Part shown: positions 10,761 through 20,609 of the stretch, in pieces
Numbering within the stretch: the first letter of the stretch is position 1
Layout of the letters: the number at the start of each line of letters is the position of its first letter
Assembly (NCBI GenBank): GCA_963701855.1
Contig: CAVPBK010000011.1
Coordinates: 64,001-128,000 of the forward strand
Direction: 5' to 3'
From: Nitrospirota bacterium
GTDB lineage: Bacteria; Nitrospirota; Nitrospiria; Nitrospirales; Nitrospiraceae
DNA: 64,000 bases
Notes under the pieces: generated by a model
Told to the model about the DNA's origin: nothing
The model's input: the letters and a program-made list of their open reading frames with translations, nothing else
The model's database searches: none
Program-made: the position numbers and the translations under genes

Positions 10761-11026
10761 GCGCCACAGCCCCATCACAAGGCTTTCCATCTTTAGCCTC
10801 GTTTCCCTTCATCTTGCAGAAATTGAGATACGAACTAACTCATCCTCCAGCAATCCACATGCCTAATCTGAAATGCACTTGTCCTCGGTCACAGACTGCG
10901 GTTTTTCCCAAAACTGTGCCTGTGCTGATTTCCTACACGAGGATGGAACCAGTCCACATGAATCGAAAGCGATTCGATGGTGAATCAAATTTGATTAGAT
11001 GGGACACTCAAAAACTCGCGTCCTAG

Positions 11027-11235
11027 CGTGGGCGCACCCTTGCTGACGTAATCCTGCCGGATGGCATCCACATCAACCACACGCTAGTCAAAGAGGGCTG
11101 GTGCTGGTGGTACCGGAAGTATGCGGCCGGTGATACGGTGCTGGAAGGGGTAGAGGAAGATGCCAGAGAGGCGAGGAGAAAGCTCTGGGCCGACCTGCGG
11201 CCGGTGGCGCCATCGAGTGGAAAAAGAAGAACTGA
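11027..11235 (+). pseudogene. Thermonuclease (SNase) family C-terminal fragment
   Basis: Startless frame reads RGRTLADVILPDGIHINHTLVKEGWCWWYRKYA...AREARRKLWAD, matching SNase GRxLA, LVxxG and ARxxxxGLW motifs. Confidence 0.75.
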
Positions 11236-11258
11236 CCTGCTCCTTATGTTTATACCAG

Positions 11259-12036
11259 CTTGAGTTCTAACTCCAAGTACAACACTTCACGCCCGAATGG
11301 GCTACGGTGTTGCCATGCAAACGAGATCCTACAGACACCTGAGTGCCGAAGGACGTGAGACCTTGAGTCTGGGCCTGGCCCACGGCCAATCGCTCCTGAC
11401 GATGGCGACGGTGTTGGGACGGGCGCCCAGCACCCTGAGCCGCGAGTCGGCCCGCGACGCCACGAGTGGCCGCCCCTATCGGGCCTGCACGGCGCAGACG
11501 TTGGCGACTGGTCGGGCCCGTCAGCCGCGGCGGCGACGCAAACTCTTGGACCCCTGGCTGTGGCAGTATGTGAGGACCCATTTGGCTCAGGGCTGCTCGC
11601 CCGAACAGATTGCCGGGTGGCTCCGACGCTCGTATCCTGACGACATGCAGAAACAGCTCTCGGCCGAGACCATCTATGTGGGCCTGTATGTGCTGCCACG
11701 CGGCATGTTGCGGAGCGCACGGCTGGCGCCACTGCGTCAGGCGCGCAAGGCGCGTCGGCCTCGGGCGCGAGGAACGGATCGACGGGGCCACAGCCCCAAC
11801 ATGACGCCAATGGCCGAGCGCCTCGCCGAGGTGGCCACCGCACGGTGCCCGGCCACTGGGAAGGCGACCTGATCAAGGGGGCACGGATCTGTCGGGCTAC
11901 ACCCAGCGCGAGTTGAACGCCATTGCCCATCGGCTGAACACCCGCCCACGTCATTGTCTGAACTTTGCCACGCCGCTGGAAGTCTATGCGCACCTGCGCC
12001 CTCATGCACCCGTTGCACTTGGAACTTGAAACCGCC
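11259..12036 (+). mobile_element. IS30-family element, internally deleted (~780 bp)
   Basis: Imperfect IRs (ctccaagtacaac at left; gttgcacttggaacttgaaaccgcc at right); transposase HTH start YRHLSAEGR, SPEQIAG, ETIY, GHWEGDL, and C-terminal LNTRPR..L.FATPLE. Confidence 0.9.
11315..12029 (+). pseudogene. IS30 transposase pseudogene
   Basis: Frameshift near 11840; GHWEGDLIKG is fused directly to GTDLSGYTQRELN, so the catalytic core is absent. Confidence 0.88.
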
Positions 12037-12039
12037 CCT

Positions 12040-12103
12040 TATTAACTTGTGCAAGCGATATATCCGACCAATCAGTCGTGGATGAGCCAGTGATTGTTGC
12101 CAT
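12040..12103 (-). pseudogene. 5' stub of a fourth RTX paralog
   Basis: ATG at 12103 encodes MATITGSSTTDWSDISLAQVN and ends at the IS30 right IR; its leader resembles that upstream of 10560. Confidence 0.8.
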
Positions 12104-12616
12104 AACACATACCTTTCCCTCGGTTTCATGCCATCAGGATCCTATGCTTGACATACTTCAATGGATCTCCCCCATATGGATACCCCCCTCAGAATGGAGG
12201 TGTCCGCCCATACATAACGATGTTTCATGCCCCGTCCTCCGGATGACCTGATCGAAATGCTCAGACAGTACGGCGTCAAGCTACAGATTTCTCTTCTCAC
12301 GACCAAGACTCGTGCCAGGACTTTCGTAGAAGGCGCTGGTATTTTCAAACAGGCGGAAATCGTGCAGCTGTCGGTGATATGGCGCGGTTCACGGCGACGG
12401 TGGCGCGCAGAGTAGCGAAGGGGAAGAGCAGTTTGTTATGAACGGTGAGTCATAGCGATGGAACCGTTGTTCCTATTTTTGCTTCACCGTTGAGGGTCAA
12501 CGTCTCCTCGAGGCTTTCGTCCAGACTGGCGACGGCCGAGACGTTGAGGCCCCGCTGCTGTCCATATGCTCTTATCCCCAACAAGATACGTTTCACGCCA
12601 ACCGTTTCAGGGTTAA

Positions 12617-15600
12617 CTACTGCCAGCTCGCGGCCAAGACGGTCTGTACCTCCTGTGGCCGTTGATCGATCGCCTGATCCCACGTGAGGTTGGTTTGTAT
12701 GGAGAACCCGGCCATGGCCTGAATCAATTGATCAACTTGTGCGCTGAGCAGCGTTTGGCCATTGCCGGCCTGCAGCGTTTCGATCCGACTGCTCGTGCCG
12801 ACATACCAGTTCTGCACCGTGATCTGGTCGGACGAACCATGAATCTTGATGCGCAGATCGTTGGCCTGGCGGCTGATCACTAGATCCAGGGGATTGATCG
12901 TGGCTCCAAAGAGCGCTCGGTCTTGGTTTCCCGAGGACGAATCGACATCACAGATCCTGTCTTGGCCATCGCCTCGTGCGAAGTTGTAGAGATCGTTGCC
13001 AGACCCGCCCGTTAGCTGATCGTTGCCTGTACCGCCCGTAAATTGGTCAGCCCCACTGTCGCCAGTGAGCACATCGTTGCCCATTCCGCCGAGCAGCTGA
13101 TCCTCGCCCGATCCACCGTCGAGCGTATCTGTGCCGTCGCCGCCATTGAGCAGATCGTTCCCGCTGCCGGCGTTCAGTGAATCGTTGCCAAGTCCGCCTA
13201 GGAGCTGGTCGTCACCGCTGCCACCAAAGAGGCTGTCATTGCCATCGCCGCCATCCAGCATGTCGTTGCCTGAACCGCTATCGAGGCTGTTATTCCCGCT
13301 GTTGCCGATAAGGATATTGTTGGTCGAACTCCCTGTACCGTTGATGTTCGGCGTGCCCGTCAGGGTGAGGTTTTCCACGTTATTCCCCAATGTCCAGGTC
13401 ACCGAGCTTTGGACCGTATCGGTTCCGCCATTGAGATTCTCCACGACCGTGTCTCCAGCCCCAACGACATAAGTATCGTTGCCAGCGCCGCCAGTCAGCA
13501 CATTGGTCCCACGATTGCCTGTGAGGATGTTGTCCAACGCGTTGCCAGTCCCGTTCAGATTGGCCGTGCCGGTGAGGGTGAGATTTTCCATATTGGCGCC
13601 AAGGGTATAAGTGATGCTGCTCTGCACTGTATCTGTGCCTCCGTTGGCCAATTCGGTCACGACATCGCCGGCCAGGTTGACGACATAGGTGTCGTTGCCG
13701 ATCCCGCCAACCATGCTATCGTTGCCGGTCCCGCCGTCAAGTAGGTCGTTGCCGTCGCCTCCTTGCAACCTGTCATTAGCGGCCAACCCAAACAGCTGAT
13801 CGTTGCCGGCTCCACCCGTAAGCACATCACTTCCGGCAGTCCCCGTCAGAACCTGGTCTTGAATCGTCACGGTCAAGTCGAAGAGATCGGACACGCTCAG
13901 GCTCCCGGCATCGGTTGCGGTGACCTTGATATTCAGCAATCCTGCGTCTCCGCTGCTCGGTGTCCCGTTGAAAGTGCGGGTTGTACTGTTGAAGCTCAAC
14001 CAGGCCGGCAAGGCGCTGCCATTGGCCAAGGTGGCACTGTAGGTCAGCATGTCGCCCAGATCGACGTCAGCAAAAGTGTTCGTCGACACCGTGAAGGTGA
14101 AGGCCGCTCCTGTGGGTGCGGACCGGTCCACGATCGGATTCGCCACCGTGGGCGCATCGTTCACGTTTTGGACGGCCAGGGTGAAGCCGGTCGAGGCACT
14201 CAAGTTGCCTTGGTCGGTCACCGCCACCGTGAGGGCGAGTGTGCCGACGTGTGTATTGCCAGGCGTACCGCTGAACGTACGGGTGATCGAATCAAAACTG
14301 AGCCACGACGGGAGGAGCGCACCACCGGCGAGCGTGGCGCTGTACGTCAGCGCATCCCCAGTATCCACATCCGTAAAGGTGCCGGCCGGTACGACAAAGC
14401 TAAACTGCGCATCTTCCACTGCGGTTTGATTGGCCAACGGAACAGCTACCGTCGGCGCTTCATTTACATTCGTCACGGTGAGATGGAATACATCGGACGC
14501 ACTCAGGTTTTCGCGATCCCTCGCCGTCACACGCAGATCGAGCGCGCCGACCTGGGCGTCGTCAGGCGTGCCGCTGAAGGTGGCTGTCGTCGCATTGAAG
14601 TTCAGCCAGGCAGGCAACAAGGTACCGTCAGCCAGACTGGCGCTCAGCGCGAGCACATCGTCGACATCCTGATCGGCAAAGGTGCCGGCGGGTATCAACA
14701 CGCTGAACGGTGTATCCTCCTGGACTGTCTGATCTGCTAAGGGATTGACAAGGGACGGCGCATGGTTGACGGCGGTCGGAAACAGATCGGCTAGGTTCAT
14801 GGAACTTCCATCGGCAAAGGCCAGCGTTCCCACCACCAGCGAACCATTTGCCCCGGTCGGACCGAAGTTGTTCAGCCGTAGCTGGTCTGTTCCGCTGCTA
14901 CCGACTTGGATTGTGAGCGTCCGTGCAGCTTCATCGCGTGTGAACGTCAGATTGCTTTGAGCGATCCCCGCGCCAAAGAGAATACGATTGCCTTCCCCTC
15001 CACCTGCCACATCCTGAATCGTGTCGTTGCCGTCGCCCAGATTGAACACATAGGTGTCATTGCCCACACCACCAATCAGCAGGTCATCTCCTTGACCTCC
15101 TTCGAGCACATCCGCGCCAAGGCCGCTCTGAAGGGTATCGTTTCCGCCGAGCCCCTTGATGCGATCCGTCGCGCTGCTGCCAGTCAACACGTTGGGTTCG
15201 TTATTCCCTAAAATATCAAATCCCAGATCGATCAACTGTTGATACGTCAATGTCCGGTCGGTGAATTGGAACGTGCCAATGCCCGGATTCGCATACGCAT
15301 CATTCGGATCGAACCCTTCAATGTGGAGTTCGCCTCCCTCTGATCCATAGCGGATTAAGAGTGAGCCAAATCCCAAATTGGGATTGAAGGAGCTGTAGCC
15401 TCCTCCGAAGACAACCGTATTTGAAGCAGGTGCGCCTAGAGCGTGGACGGTATTACTGCTCGACCCTCCTGGGATCACAAGCGTATTCGAACCAGAGCCG
15501 AAAAAGATCAGGTTGTTGGCTGCCGATTGACTATAGAACGTGGTATGGCCGGTTCCCCCAATCAGTGTGTTGTTCCCCCCACCACCAATCAGGACACTGT

Positions 15601-18600
15601 TCCCTGCGCCACCATGTAGGGTATCGTTCCCGACTCCACCGATGAGCGTGTCATTACCAGGACCGGCAAAGAGATTCTGATCAACCCGGACAAGACTTGC
15701 GGCGTAATAATTGAAGAGGTCGAGGGTGAGGCCGTCGGCGAACGAGATAGTGCGGAGACCCGCTGGAGCATTGGCAACGTTGGGTAAAATGATTTGTTCA
15801 TCAGTCGCCTCAACTGAATCCAGTACGATATTTATGCGTTGGACCATGGTTGAGTACAAATCAACCGGGACGAAAGAAAGGTCTGATGGAGTGATCCCAG
15901 GCCCAAAGAGCAGACGATTGCTCTCTCCACTCTCGGCACGGTCACGGATCGTATCGTTGCCATCGCCCCGATTGAAGACATACACATCGATGCCGGCACC
16001 TCCATCTAAGAGATCGTCGCCGATTCCTCCAGTCAGTGTATCGTTGCCATATCCTCCGCCCAGCTCATCAACGCCGCTGCCTCCGTCTAATTGGTCATTG
16101 CCTGATCCTCCGAATAGCTGATCATCTCCCGCGTCTCCCTCTAGGTCGTCATGGCCTGATCCACCCAATAGCAGATCATTACCGCCTCCGCCTGTGACCA
16201 CATCATTCCCGCCTTTCCCGTTATATCGGTCAGGTCCATCAGTCCCGACGAACGTGTCGTTTCCGTCTGTCCCTCCAGGGAAATTCAGCAACTCGTCCAA
16301 GCTCAGATGAATGCCATTCGTAAAGGTGACGCTACCGATGACCGAAGATCCAGCCTGCCCTGTCGGATCATAGTTGGACAGCACAATAGCATCTCCGTTT
16401 GATCCAACTTGGAGAGTCAGGGAATTCGTTCCCTGTACCACCTCAAGATCCCCGAGATTCAGACCACTTCCGAACCGGATTTCATTCATGGCACCAGCCA
16501 CGGCTGTATCTACAATCGTGTCCGCCCCATCTCCACGATCATAGAAATAGATATCGTTGCGCGCACTACCAATCAACGTGTCATTACCCGCACCAGCATG
16601 AAACCGGTTCGAGGCATTTGTCCCGGTGACGACGTTGTTTTGATCCGTGGCGTAAACGTCAATGCCACGATCAATAAGCTGGCTATATGTCAGAGTCGTT
16701 TCAATGCCAAAGTTGTCAAAGGTAAATAGATCGATCGCATGGCGGCCATAGGCGTCATTGGGATCAAAGTTGGGGATGCGAAGCTCGTGCGTCTTTTCAA
16801 CAACCGAGGAATCATTGACCCCGCTAAATACGAGGGTCAAGGCATTCTCTTTCAAGGCCAAGGAGAGATGATCTGAATCGCTCGACAGATTTCCGGCCAC
16901 AACTCGATTCACATCTCCCGTCGAGGAATCGTCAAGGATAGTATCCACCCCTCTCCACTCCCCATAGATATAGGTGTCGTTTCCCGTTCCTCCGTCCAGA
17001 ATGTCGACAACAGATTCGTCAATGGTCGTCCCAAAACCTATTGCTGAGGTTCCGCCGTCGAGGGTGTCATCTCCAGCGCCACCGGTGATGACGTTGGCAT
17101 CGGAACTACCGCTAAGGAAATTATCAAGGGCATTCCCTGTGGCAGCGTGAGGTCCAGATATGATGAGATCTTCAACATTGTCTGGCAGAGTAAAGTCGAC
17201 AGAGCTATGGACAGTATCGTGGCCTTCGTCGGGCGCTTCCTCCACCACATCTCCGAGATCGTTTACACCATAAACATCGTCGCCGGCTAATCCAATGAGC
17301 TCATCGGGAAATCCGTTATACCCGGGCAAGTAATCCGCTCCACTGGTCCCCACCTGCCGGCTATCCCCGGCTTGATTGTGAATGGTAGTCGAGTCCCACA
17401 CCGTTCCATCGGCAAATTGCACTTGGAAGAAATGATTCACATAGAACGAGGGAAGCGTGAGGGTATCCAGGCCGCCACTAAGATTGAGCGTGATGGTTTG
17501 GTCAACACGCCCGACAATCACATCGCTGGGCAAGACACCAGCAGACATCTGAATGGTATAGGTTCCGCCCTGACTGGTGTCGATGATGTCTTGCCCGCTG
17601 CCAGCACCGAATGCATACGTGTAGGAGCCGGGTGCGCCAACGAACAGATCGTTCCCTGTTCCGCCATCGACAACATCGGTTCCGCCTTCGCCATACATGA
17701 CATCATCGCCCACGCCCCCAAAGAACTGATCGTTTCCGCTGCCGCCACGGAGTGTATCGTTCCCCTCACCGCCGACCAACGAATCATCGCCGGCGCCACC
17801 ACGCAGGAAGTCGTTGCCATCGCCACCCAGTACTGAATCGTTGCCATCTCCGGCATCGACAGAATCGTCTCCAGTGCCTGCGTCAATGGTATCGCCGCCG
17901 GCCTCCCCTTCAAGACTATCGTTCCCAGCATCGCCGTTTAGTACATCATTCCCATCGCCGCCCTGCATGATGTCGTCACCCGTCCCCCCGGACAACTGGT
18001 CGACGCCTCCGTTGCCAACGATCACATCATTGCCGCCGCCCCCATCGAGAACATTGTCGATGGCTCCTCCGGTGAGTGCATCGTTTCCATCCAGACCAAA
18101 AATCCCGCGGTAGATTTCACCGCCGTTCAACACATCATCGCCGGCTGTCCCCAGCAGATCGAATCCGCGTGCGATGAGCTCGGTATGGGTCAGTGTCGTG
18201 CCGTCGGCGAACTCGAATCGCTCGATGCCTGTCGGGACGGAGGGATTGGCCAGGTCGAATCCTTGAATGTGAATAGCATCGCCATTCGAGCCCACGCGTA
18301 TCAGCAACGACCCACTGCCGATACTGATATCCTGTTCCGTAATGCCGGCTCCGAACACCAGCCTGTCTCCCTCCCCTTCGGTATCCTGAATCGTTTCGAT
18401 CCCATCACCGAGGTTGAAGACATAGGTATCGGCGCCGGTGCCCCCGATCAATGTATCGATACCAACTCCACCGACCAGCACATCGTTTCCATCACCGCCA
18501 ACCAGTGTATCGAACCCATCTCCACCAAACAGAGTGTCGTTCCCTTCCTCTCCAAACAGCTGATCATCTTCGGTCCCGCCCCACAGCACATCGTCGTCCG

Positions 18601-19198
18601 AACCTCCGTATAGTTGATCGATGCCGCTCCCGCCATCCAGCACGTCCGTGCCCTCATTGCCTCGCAGGAGATCCTGATCGGCTCCGCCAAAGAGCACATC
18701 GTCGCCGCGTCCTCCAGCTAGTGTGTCGTTGCCAGTTCCGCCATCCAGCCAATCGTTTGCTCCAGTCGGATCGTCGAGGAAATCTCCGTATAGGGTGTCG
18801 TTGTCCGCCCCACCGATGAGCGTGTCTGCATTGCCTCCACCATACAGTCGGTCGTCGCCCGCTCCTCCATCCAGGAGATCCTTGCCGGCCTCGACCCCGT
18901 CAATCGTCTGATCATCTCCATAGAGCGTATCGTCCTCCGAGCCACCGAGCAGCACATCATCTCCCGCATCGCCTTGGAGATAGTCATCGCCTTCGCCGCC
19001 GTCGAGATAATCGGTCCCGCCTGTAACACTGTTGAATACTGTCCCCGGCAACGGCGTCACAATTCCAGGGTACTGGAGAAAGATGTAGGAATGCGTCGGA
19101 GGCTTGGTCGCCGTAGAGATGGTCTGCCCCGCTGCCACCAAAGAGCACGTCGTTGCCGCGCAGTCCGGCAAGCCAATCGTCCCCAGCTTCGCCGGCAA
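12617..19198 (-). CDS. Giant RTX protein, C-terminal part: RTX blocks, HCBP domains, three cadherin-like/He_PIG Ig repeats, T1SS signal region
   Basis: Many GGxGxD repeats; YxFxxGDGxDTI...F.FADGT units; three ~100-aa VNxAPTV...F.D.D..D.L.YSATLA.G..LP.WL.F...T.TF.GTP repeats at ~13860-14770. Confidence 0.92.
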   Translation of the reverse strand: MPAKLGTIGLPDCAATTCSLVAAGQTISTATKPPTHSYIFLQYPGIVTPLPGTVFNSVTGGTDYLDGGEGDDYLQGDAGDDVLLGGSEDDTLYGDDQTIDGVEAGKDLLDGGAGDDRLYGGGNADTLIGGADNDTLYGDFLDDPTGANDWLDGGTGNDTLAGGRGDDVLFGGADQDLLRGNEGTDVLDGGSGIDQLYGGSDDDVLWGGTEDDQLFGEEGNDTLFGGDGFDTLVGGDGNDVLVGGVGIDTLIGGTGADTYVFNLGDGIETIQDTEGEGDRLVFGAGITEQDISIGSGSLLIRVGSNGDAIHIQGFDLANPSVPTGIERFEFADGTTLTHTELIARGFDLLGTAGDDVLNGGEIYRGIFGLDGNDALTGGAIDNVLDGGGGNDVIVGNGGVDQLSGGTGDDIMQGGDGNDVLNGDAGNDSLEGEAGGDTIDAGTGDDSVDAGDGNDSVLGGDGNDFLRGGAGDDSLVGGEGNDTLRGGSGNDQFFGGVGDDVMYGEGGTDVVDGGTGNDLFVGAPGSYTYAFGAGSGQDIIDTSQGGTYTIQMSAGVLPSDVIVGRVDQTITLNLSGGLDTLTLPSFYVNHFFQVQFADGTVWDSTTIHNQAGDSRQVGTSGADYLPGYNGFPDELIGLAGDDVYGVNDLGDVVEEAPDEGHDTVHSSVDFTLPDNVEDLIISGPHAATGNALDNFLSGSSDANVITGGAGDDTLDGGTSAIGFGTTIDESVVDILDGGTGNDTYIYGEWRGVDTILDDSSTGDVNRVVAGNLSSDSDHLSLALKENALTLVFSGVNDSSVVEKTHELRIPNFDPNDAYGRHAIDLFTFDNFGIETTLTYSQLIDRGIDVYATDQNNVVTGTNASNRFHAGAGNDTLIGSARNDIYFYDRGDGADTIVDTAVAGAMNEIRFGSGLNLGDLEVVQGTNSLTLQVGSNGDAIVLSNYDPTGQAGSSVIGSVTFTNGIHLSLDELLNFPGGTDGNDTFVGTDGPDRYNGKGGNDVVTGGGGNDLLLGGSGHDDLEGDAGDDQLFGGSGNDQLDGGSGVDELGGGYGNDTLTGGIGDDLLDGGAGIDVYVFNRGDGNDTIRDRAESGESNRLLFGPGITPSDLSFVPVDLYSTMVQRINIVLDSVEATDEQIILPNVANAPAGLRTISFADGLTLDLFNYYAASLVRVDQNLFAGPGNDTLIGGVGNDTLHGGAGNSVLIGGGGNNTLIGGTGHTTFYSQSAANNLIFFGSGSNTLVIPGGSSSNTVHALGAPASNTVVFGGGYSSFNPNLGFGSLLIRYGSEGGELHIEGFDPNDAYANPGIGTFQFTDRTLTYQQLIDLGFDILGNNEPNVLTGSSATDRIKGLGGNDTLQSGLGADVLEGGQGDDLLIGGVGNDTYVFNLGDGNDTIQDVAGGGEGNRILFGAGIAQSNLTFTRDEAARTLTIQVGSSGTDQLRLNNFGPTGANGSLVVGTLAFADGSSMNLADLFPTAVNHAPSLVNPLADQTVQEDTPFSVLIPAGTFADQDVDDVLALSASLADGTLLPAWLNFNATTATFSGTPDDAQVGALDLRVTARDRENLSASDVFHLTVTNVNEAPTVAVPLANQTAVEDAQFSFVVPAGTFTDVDTGDALTYSATLAGGALLPSWLSFDSITRTFSGTPGNTHVGTLALTVAVTDQGNLSASTGFTLAVQNVNDAPTVANPIVDRSAPTGAAFTFTVSTNTFADVDLGDMLTYSATLANGSALPAWLSFNSTTRTFNGTPSSGDAGLLNIKVTATDAGSLSVSDLFDLTVTIQDQVLTGTAGSDVLTGGAGNDQLFGLAANDRLQGGDGNDLLDGGTGNDSMVGGIGNDTYVVNLAGDVVTELANGGTDTVQSSITYTLGANMENLTLTGTANLNGTGNALDNILTGNRGTNVLTGGAGNDTYVVGAGDTVVENLNGGTDTVQSSVTWTLGNNVENLTLTGTPNINGTGSSTNNILIGNSGNNSLDSGSGNDMLDGGDGNDSLFGGSGDDQLLGGLGNDSLNAGSGNDLLNGGDGTDTLDGGSGEDQLLGGMGNDVLTGDSGADQFTGGTGNDQLTGGSGNDLYNFARGDGQDRICDVDSSSGNQDRALFGATINPLDLVISRQANDLRIKIHGSSDQITVQNWYVGTSSRIETLQAGNGQTLLSAQVDQLIQAMAGFSIQTNLTWDQAIDQRPQEVQTVLAASWQ

Positions 19199-20609
19199 GA
19201 TAATCGTTTCCGATGGTAGTCGCCCCTAACTCAATCGATTCTCCCGAGAGGCTATCATTCCCAATCCCACCGAAAACCACATCGTCGCCCGAGCCGCCAT
19301 CGAGAAAATCGTTGCCGAGCCCGCCATATAGCACATCCTGCCCAAGGCCACCTTTTATCAAGTCAATGTCAGCCCCGCCGTCGACAACGTCATCCCCTTC
19401 AACGGCGAAAATGAGATCCCGCCCTGCTTCGCCATAGATCCGGTCATTCCCTTTTCCCCCGTGCAGTTCATCATGCCCGCCACCGCCAAAAATTTGGTGA
19501 TTGAAGAGCGCGCTGCTGACTTCGAGATCGAGAATATCGTTCCCGCCGAACCCGTGTACAATGTGATTGGCCGCCGCGGTAAAGAAGGGCGTGTTATCCG
19601 TCTCATCGCCGTCATAGGTCACCGTCGGTTGCCCATTCTCATAATTAATCACCGATGGGGTGGCATCGGGAAGCGCAGACAGATCCCGTAGCGTGATGTC
19701 GAGATCGCCCGGTTGCCAATCTTGAATGGTGACGTGCCCATTGATCGTGAGCGTGCTGCCACTTTGCACAAATGTATATTGACCATCCGAACTCTTGTAC
19801 GTGTTGGCCGCTTCACCCACGCGTCGGATACCACCGACCATCATCTGCCCATTGACCAATAGTCGGCCCTGGTCATCACCGTCTTCAATGGTATCGGTCC
19901 CATCGGCATTGAGCACATAGGTGTCGAAGCCCAGGCCTCCGTTCAACCGATCGCTCCCGGTGGTGCCGTCGAGCCAATCATTGCCACTGTCCCCTTGGAG
20001 ATAGTCATTCCCGCCATAGCCAAGAAGCTGATCGGTCCCCTCACCGCCATAGAGATGATCGTCGGTCAGATCATGCCCACCCAGCGTATCAGTATCGGCT
20101 CCCCCGAAGAGATACTCGCGTTGGAAAAGTGGAGCGATTACAGCGGATGATGGCACGTCAGATCCCGACGCGATATCTTGGTAATGGCTAATGGCCAATA
20201 GGTCGCTTGGGTATTGCTGATTGTTGATCGTGAGATCGAGTTTGGCGAGGAGAAAGGCCGCGCGATCCGTCAGGTACTGATCCGTCATATCGCCGAAGCC
20301 GGTCGCGGAATCATTGAGCGCCAGAACGCCATTCGCTGTATGGCCTAAGCCGACGTAATCGACGCCGATGATCGCAAAGGGGTTGAGCGCCCGCAGAGCA
20401 TACCGATAGGCAAGGCCACTATCTCCGGGATCTTGCGCGGCGGCTTTTAGCTCAGCCGCCGTGAGGCGTGGAACGACCTGCCCCTGGCTATCCACCTGCA
20501 CCAGTGGCTCAATGGAGAAGGTTTGATTCGCCGACAGCCGCTTGCACCTCTGCCAGATGCGTGTAAAACTCCGTGCGCGCACCGAGATCGCCAAACCCGC
20601 CGGTGTCAT
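18984..20609 (-). CDS. Giant lipase-RTX protein, middle fragment
   Basis: LAYRYAL..LNPF..G, YL.DRAAFL and then RTX repeats; joins neighbours via frameshifts near 20535 and 19075. Confidence 0.85.
   Translation of the reverse strand: MTPAGLAISVRARSFTRIWQRCKRLSANQTFSIEPLVQVDSQGQVVPRLTAAELKAAAQDPGDSGLAYRYALRALNPFAIIGVDYVGLGHTANGVLALNDSATGFGDMTDQYLTDRAAFLLAKLDLTINNQQYPSDLLAISHYQDIASGSDVPSSAVIAPLFQREYLFGGADTDTLGGHDLTDDHLYGGEGTDQLLGYGGNDYLQGDSGNDWLDGTTGSDRLNGGLGFDTYVLNADGTDTIEDGDDQGRLLVNGQMMVGGIRRVGEAANTYKSSDGQYTFVQSGSTLTINGHVTIQDWQPGDLDITLRDLSALPDATPSVINYENGQPTVTYDGDETDNTPFFTAAANHIVHGFGGNDILDLEVSSALFNHQIFGGGGHDELHGGKGNDRIYGEAGRDLIFAVEGDDVVDGGADIDLIKGGLGQDVLYGGLGNDFLDGGSGDDVVFGGIGNDSLSGESIELGATTIGNDYLAGEAGDDWLAGLRGNDVLFGGSGADHLYGDQASDAFLHLSPVPWNCDAVAGDSIQQCYRRDRLSRRRRRR

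Noticed and set aside
12142..12610. Short ORFs between the RTX stub and the giant RTX stop
   Set aside because: No recognisable motifs or clear RBS; possibly decayed DNA.
1803..19219. Many plus-strand ORFs rich in Pro/Ser/Val over the RTX genes
   Set aside because: Antisense shadows of GGxGxD repeat codons, with no independent motifs.
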